NCBI GenBank assembly: GCA_002269645.1
Contig: NIVC01001546.1
Coordinates: 62,001 to 126,000 of the forward strand
DNA: 64,000 nt
Direction: 5' to 3'
Source: Macrostomum lignano
Lineage: Eukaryota
Shown here: in pieces, positions 59,774 through 64,000 of the stretch
How the letters are laid out: the number at the start of each line of letters is the position of its first letter
Numbering within the stretch: position 1 is the stretch's first letter
Translations under genes and position numbers: made by a program
Notes under the pieces: model-generated
The model's database searches: none
The model's input: the letters and a program-made list of their open reading frames with translations, nothing else
Told to the model about the DNA's origin: nothing

Positions 59774-61159
59774 AAATTGGCAGTCTAAAGATTTTAGCCT
59801 ATGTAATTCAAGAATTTCATTTATCTGACTTCCATCTACTTGTCAGAATCTCATCTACTTTGCCTTCTGAGAATCTCTTACCTTACCTTACATTACCTTA
59901 CCTTCTTACCTACTTTATCTACTTAAGGTCCCTTACCTTAGTGCTTTGTGACTTAGTACCTTAGGGAAGATGCGATACACTTTAAATTTTGCGTTTAGAT
60001 TTCGGAAAAGAAATTACTAGCTTGTGGCGGCCAGACTACGCGACCGGCAGCACCAGTGCAGCCGCACTGGAAACCCCCCCCCGCCAACCTCTGTCTAGCT
60101 GAGGTGGGGTGGTGGTTCACCGCGCTAGCCGGCTCGCTAAGCCAGGGGGTTGGCGTAGCCAATCACGCCACGCCACATGTGCGCACCTCCCTTGGCCCCT
60201 CAATAATCTCGCGCTGCTTTCACTAATATAAATATGTTATAGGAAATGTTTAATTACTCTAAATTATCCTACCGATGTCACCAAGTTGTTACAGGGTGTT
60301 ATTGCTTTCTCTAGTAAATCCCACCGCTAGTACCAAGTGTTGTAGGGGAATTCCTCTGTCTATTCACAATTCTACAGCTGTCACCAAGTTGTTCCAGGGG
60401 GCTTGTAATTATTATAAATTTCAAAGCAATCACCAACTTGTACTAGGGTAAAATTTGGTATAATTCTAGAATTTTATAACTTCTTCTACTAGACTCGTTA
60501 CGGACTACTAAACTATGGCGTTACGGAGTTAAGATTATGGGCTTTCACGTAAGCACGGATTGCCCTGGTAGCGCGCAGTGCCCGAGCGGCAAGACACTGT
60601 TTAGCTAGGGAGAGAAGGGGATGACTAAGTCCTAAAGCAGCGTTCTCCAATGGATCGAGGTTGCCCGGTGAATTTCAATTTCCTCTTACGGATTTGCTCT
60701 TGTCAGGTACGACTTTCTCATTGGTTGTTCAGTTCGAATATTTCTATTGGGATATATCTCCCTTTTCTATTGGCTCTCTACGCCTTTACTATTCGCGGTT
60801 CCGCTATTGGCTTTTAGACTGATCGTCTTGGGCTTTTGATAATTTTTACCTGGCCAATGAGCATTCGCTCTTTATTTTTGGCAAATAAGAAAGGCTTTAG
60901 CAAAATTCGCTTATTCAGTTTGTTAGGCAGATAACCTTGAACCAAAAATCGGTTGCCTCTCTGGGCGCTGAATTCACTTGTATTTATAGTAGAATTGGGG
61001 TGGGGGACCAGATACATATAAACAAAAATTCCTTCCCGGGTTATGTTTCTATAGCGACGCGAAAATTTAAATTGGGCCTGCAGCAAATATACGCGCAAAG
61101 CAGCGCAAAATCTTCGCTGCCATTCCATCTAGTGAAACAAAAAGGCTTTCCGCCTCAAG

Positions 61160-61300
61160 CTTTTGGTCTAGCTTTTGGCCATTAGAACATTAAAGATGAG
61201 TTGTTGCATTATTGCAAAGGATAGCTATTTTTGCCATTGTCAATGTTGATAGCAGGCTGGCTGCAGACGTGCTGGGCCTGACTGAGAGTTGGTTGAAATG
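61160..61300 (+). pseudogene. Possible APE-type endonuclease remnant
   Basis: VNVDSRLAADVLGLTESWL resembles the D(V/I)xxxxETWL motif; the rest is highly degenerate. Confidence 0.3.
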
Positions 61301-61476
61301 GACATTTCGCTGCTTTGTATGTCCCTGGTAGATTTCTTCCACTCTAATACGTGGGCCAATTCAGAAGTTCATGGTAATTACCGGTGCATTTGTGCAGATT
61401 AAAGAAGAAATTTTGTGTTATGTATGCCCGTTGATTAGAAGTTGATTTTTGCTAATACGTGAGTTTGTTAAATTCG

Positions 61477-61665
61477 TGTCCTAAGCAATAGGAAAATTCA
61501 ATGAAGTAAGTGTTCGGATTGAAGGGTTCGGCCAGAGACAGTTTTGATAGTGCGGGGATAAAAGCTTAATAAGAGTCCTGTCCCAAGCGATAATAAAATT
61601 CAATGAATTAATGTTCCGATTGAAAGGTTCAGCCAGACAGTCTTGATAGTGCGGTGATAGAAGCT
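61477..61665. repeat. Diverged tandem duplication, about 102-bp period
   Basis: TGTCC(T/C)AAGC...AAAATTCAATGAA...TTGATAGTGCGG(G/T)GATA(A/G)AAGCT twice. Confidence 0.85.
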
Positions 61666-62605
61666 CAAATTAGCAGCTTTTCGTTGTGAGAGAAAATGAC
61701 TGATTGCATGAACTTTTGGAATGGCCCTCGTAAATGCAAATGCAGCCAGAGGGGGGTTGAAGCAGCCTTTGCAAACCCCAGATAGTCTCTTTTGATGGCT
61801 TTAACTCTGCCGAAGCCCGTCCCAAGGCTGGTTGAATGAAAGAGGAGGGTTGCAAACTGTAATTAAATGCTCATTAGTAATGTCTGAAATTTACATGCCC
61901 CAAGTGAATGCCTCTGTCCAGCTGTGCAGACTAAAGCAAGCCAACAAGTGGTAAAATTGATACCAATTAAAAATTTGTAACAGAATTAGTGCAATGGTAC
62001 TATCTTGTGACGAATTTAGAACGACTATTTACGACGTAGTAATGAACAATGTCGATGTTGCGTCGGATGTCGAAAGTTTATTCTAATCAACTCACAATTG
62101 ATAATAACCTAGTAGGTTTGATACTATAGATAGCAACGAGCGTAGCGTAGTACTAGTAGTATTGTAATAAGACGGTGTGGAGGAAGGCATGGGCGAGAGC
62201 AAGAAAAAGATTTGAATAGGTTTTATACTGCTAACTATTTCTATGAATTATACGGTATAAAAAAATACGTCAACGCTAATAAATTAAATAAGAAGGTTAA
62301 ATTTAAGTGTAATGTACATGTAGAAAGAGATTATATACTGTATGCTTTACACGTACGACGCAGAATAGGAAAGAAGTATGAAGGTGCCATCGTCACAGTC
62401 TTATTGGCGAAGCCTTCTGCAAAAACATCTTAATTCTTATCCTTTAATGACTTTGCAATTGTAAATATACAGAGTAAATAAAAAGGCTACTTGCATTTGA
62501 TTGGGTTTATAAATTTGCAATTGTAATTACAGTGCAGAGCTTTTCTTGTTCTTTGTCTGAGTACACAGAGAAAGGGATTATTTACTACTTATTTATGGGG
62601 GACTT

Positions 62606-62681
62606 CTCTCCTATATACGTTCCCATTTTTGGACTCTAAATTATTTAAAAAGTTGCTTTGTGCGAAGTTTTAAGCCGAAAA
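62606..62681 (+). repeat. Dispersed repeat, copy 2
   Basis: CTCTCCTATATAC...TTTTGGACTCTAAATTATTTAAAAAGTTGCTTTGTG, homologous to 54990-55071. Confidence 0.7.
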
Positions 62682-62914
62682 TGATATGGATTTTAACTGT
62701 GAACTTTTACGCATGCGATTGAACTATCTATGGTCATAATTCTCGAAGACCCAGACAGTTACTAAAGAGCTAGGCGCACTAGGGAAAATGGAATTAACTA
62801 ACTAACGAGCGGAGCGAGACAAGGGCTCCTACGATAACGAATTATTTCCGCTCCTTTTTGCTAACACAAATATACGATTAGACGGAACGAACCGTCTTAC
62901 GAATACACATCAAT

Positions 62915-62927
62915 TGGCGACGAGGAT
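62915..62927 (+). promoter_or_regulatory. Primer-binding site complementary to tRNA-Ser(GCU)-type 3' end
   Basis: TGGCGACGAGGAT, 2 nt after a CA that could end an LTR, directly upstream of gag. Confidence 0.7.
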
Positions 62928-62936
62928 TAACAACTC

Positions 62937-63700
62937 ATAGCCCCACCAACATCGCCCACCTCGAAACCGACATCAGCGGCAGCAGCTACTAATGCCCAGA
63001 ATATTCGCGTGTCGATACCACAACCATCAAAATTTCTGGAGCTACCAGGCGAACCACCAGTCAAGTGGACCATCTGGCAGAAGGAAGTCACCGACTTCTT
63101 TTTCCTCACTGGGACTACGACCGGGGCACTACTAACAGATGACTTCAAAAAGGCATTCCTGCGTACGTCCCTGGGCTCAGAAGGAAGACGTATCCTGTAC
63201 GCGCACAACCTCCAGGACGATAAGGCTAGCAGCCTGGAAGAATACATGGGCAAGCTGAAGTTAATATTCAGCAAAAGCCAAAACCGCAGTACGAAGTCCG
63301 CAAGCGAAAGCAGGAGCACGGTGAGTCCATCAGTGACTATTTCACAGCCCTGCGAACACTAATTACGGACTTTGAGTACGGCGCTGGAGAAGATAGGCAG
63401 CTTGCAATGCACTGGTGATTGGATGTGCGTCTAAAAGCACACAGGAGAAGCTCTTGACCCAATCCACTATCGACCTGCAGTCTTTTCTGACCACCATGCG
63501 AGCTGATGAGTCTGCGTCACTTACTGGCGAAATCATCAGGAGCAATGCAATGGCGCCCATTCAACAAGTACACAAGCGCACATCTGGGAAGTCCGACCAG
63601 CGCAAAAGCACGGCCTCGGCGATCCCTGCAGCTAACCAAAACAAGGGGAACAAGAAACAGCAATGTATGGGCTGCGGTTCAAATTCACATGTGATAAAAA
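62937..63700 (+). pseudogene. gag: Ty3/gypsy (K02A2.6/Mag-like) gag, frameshifted and truncated
   Basis: PGEPPVKWTIWQKEV, LRTSLGSEGRRIL, RKQEHGESISDYFTALR, QEKLL, CMGCGSNSH knuckle start; in-frame ATA at 62937 is probably a mutated start. Confidence 0.88.
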
Positions 63701-64000
63701 GGCAATTAGATAAATAGCATGCACGGTAAGATATGATTTAGGCCCTAGACAAACCTATTTTTGGAGCGTTCGGAGATTTTAAAGCTATTGGCCCTAATTG
63801 CCTATCGCCGGTCGGCGAGTCCTACCAGTCTTTCTCCAATAGTCACAGGTACAGTACAAGAAAAGAAAGAACACGAGGGAACACGAACCGAACAGATTTA
63901 GAGAGTGATAATCCTAATGAGAATAGCTAAACTGATTGACGGTTTAATTTGATTAGTAAAGTTACAAGATTCTCAATACGATTCACGGCGCAGATAAATT

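Noticed and set aside
60700-60860. Cluster of ATTGG/CCAAT boxes
   Set aside because: No linked gene or element boundary could be assigned.
1-64000. Host protein-coding, rRNA or functional tRNA genes
   Set aside because: Every recognisable coding segment is TE- or virus-derived; the tRNA-like sequences lack an intact cloverleaf.

Overview
Eukaryotic DNA: AT-rich intergenic sequence, GT-AG introns, and a TE repertoire that looks invertebrate (the species cannot be determined from sequence). The window is an almost pure nest of transposable elements with no recognisable host gene. (1) A dismembered Polinton/adintovirus-type endogenous virus at about 12.2-27 kb: an uninterrupted double-jelly-roll major capsid ORF, a frameshifted minor capsid/penton, and fragments of integrase, parvovirus-type PLA2 and packaging ATPase. 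No polymerase or protease is visible. (2) An 11-kb Helitron (37.0-48.0 kb, minus) whose RepHel gene is split by 8 introns; a full Ty3/gypsy provirus (41249-45515, TSD ATTA) lies antisense in intron 3. (3) A nested stack at 48.4-54.8 kb: tRNA-like SINE with a 24-bp array, a Crypton tyrosine-recombinase derivative inside it, a Tc1/IS630-like DD32E element with 294-bp TIRs at the Crypton's right end, and a mariner DD34D inside that. (4) Four EnSpm/CACTA-like transposase remnants with partner genes, a second Crypton, a chimeric LINE-ORF1-like pseudogene, LINE RNase H, Tc1 and gag fragments, LTR-like repeats, MITEs, minisatellites and hairpins. All family assignments come from motif recognition by eye; no database search was run.
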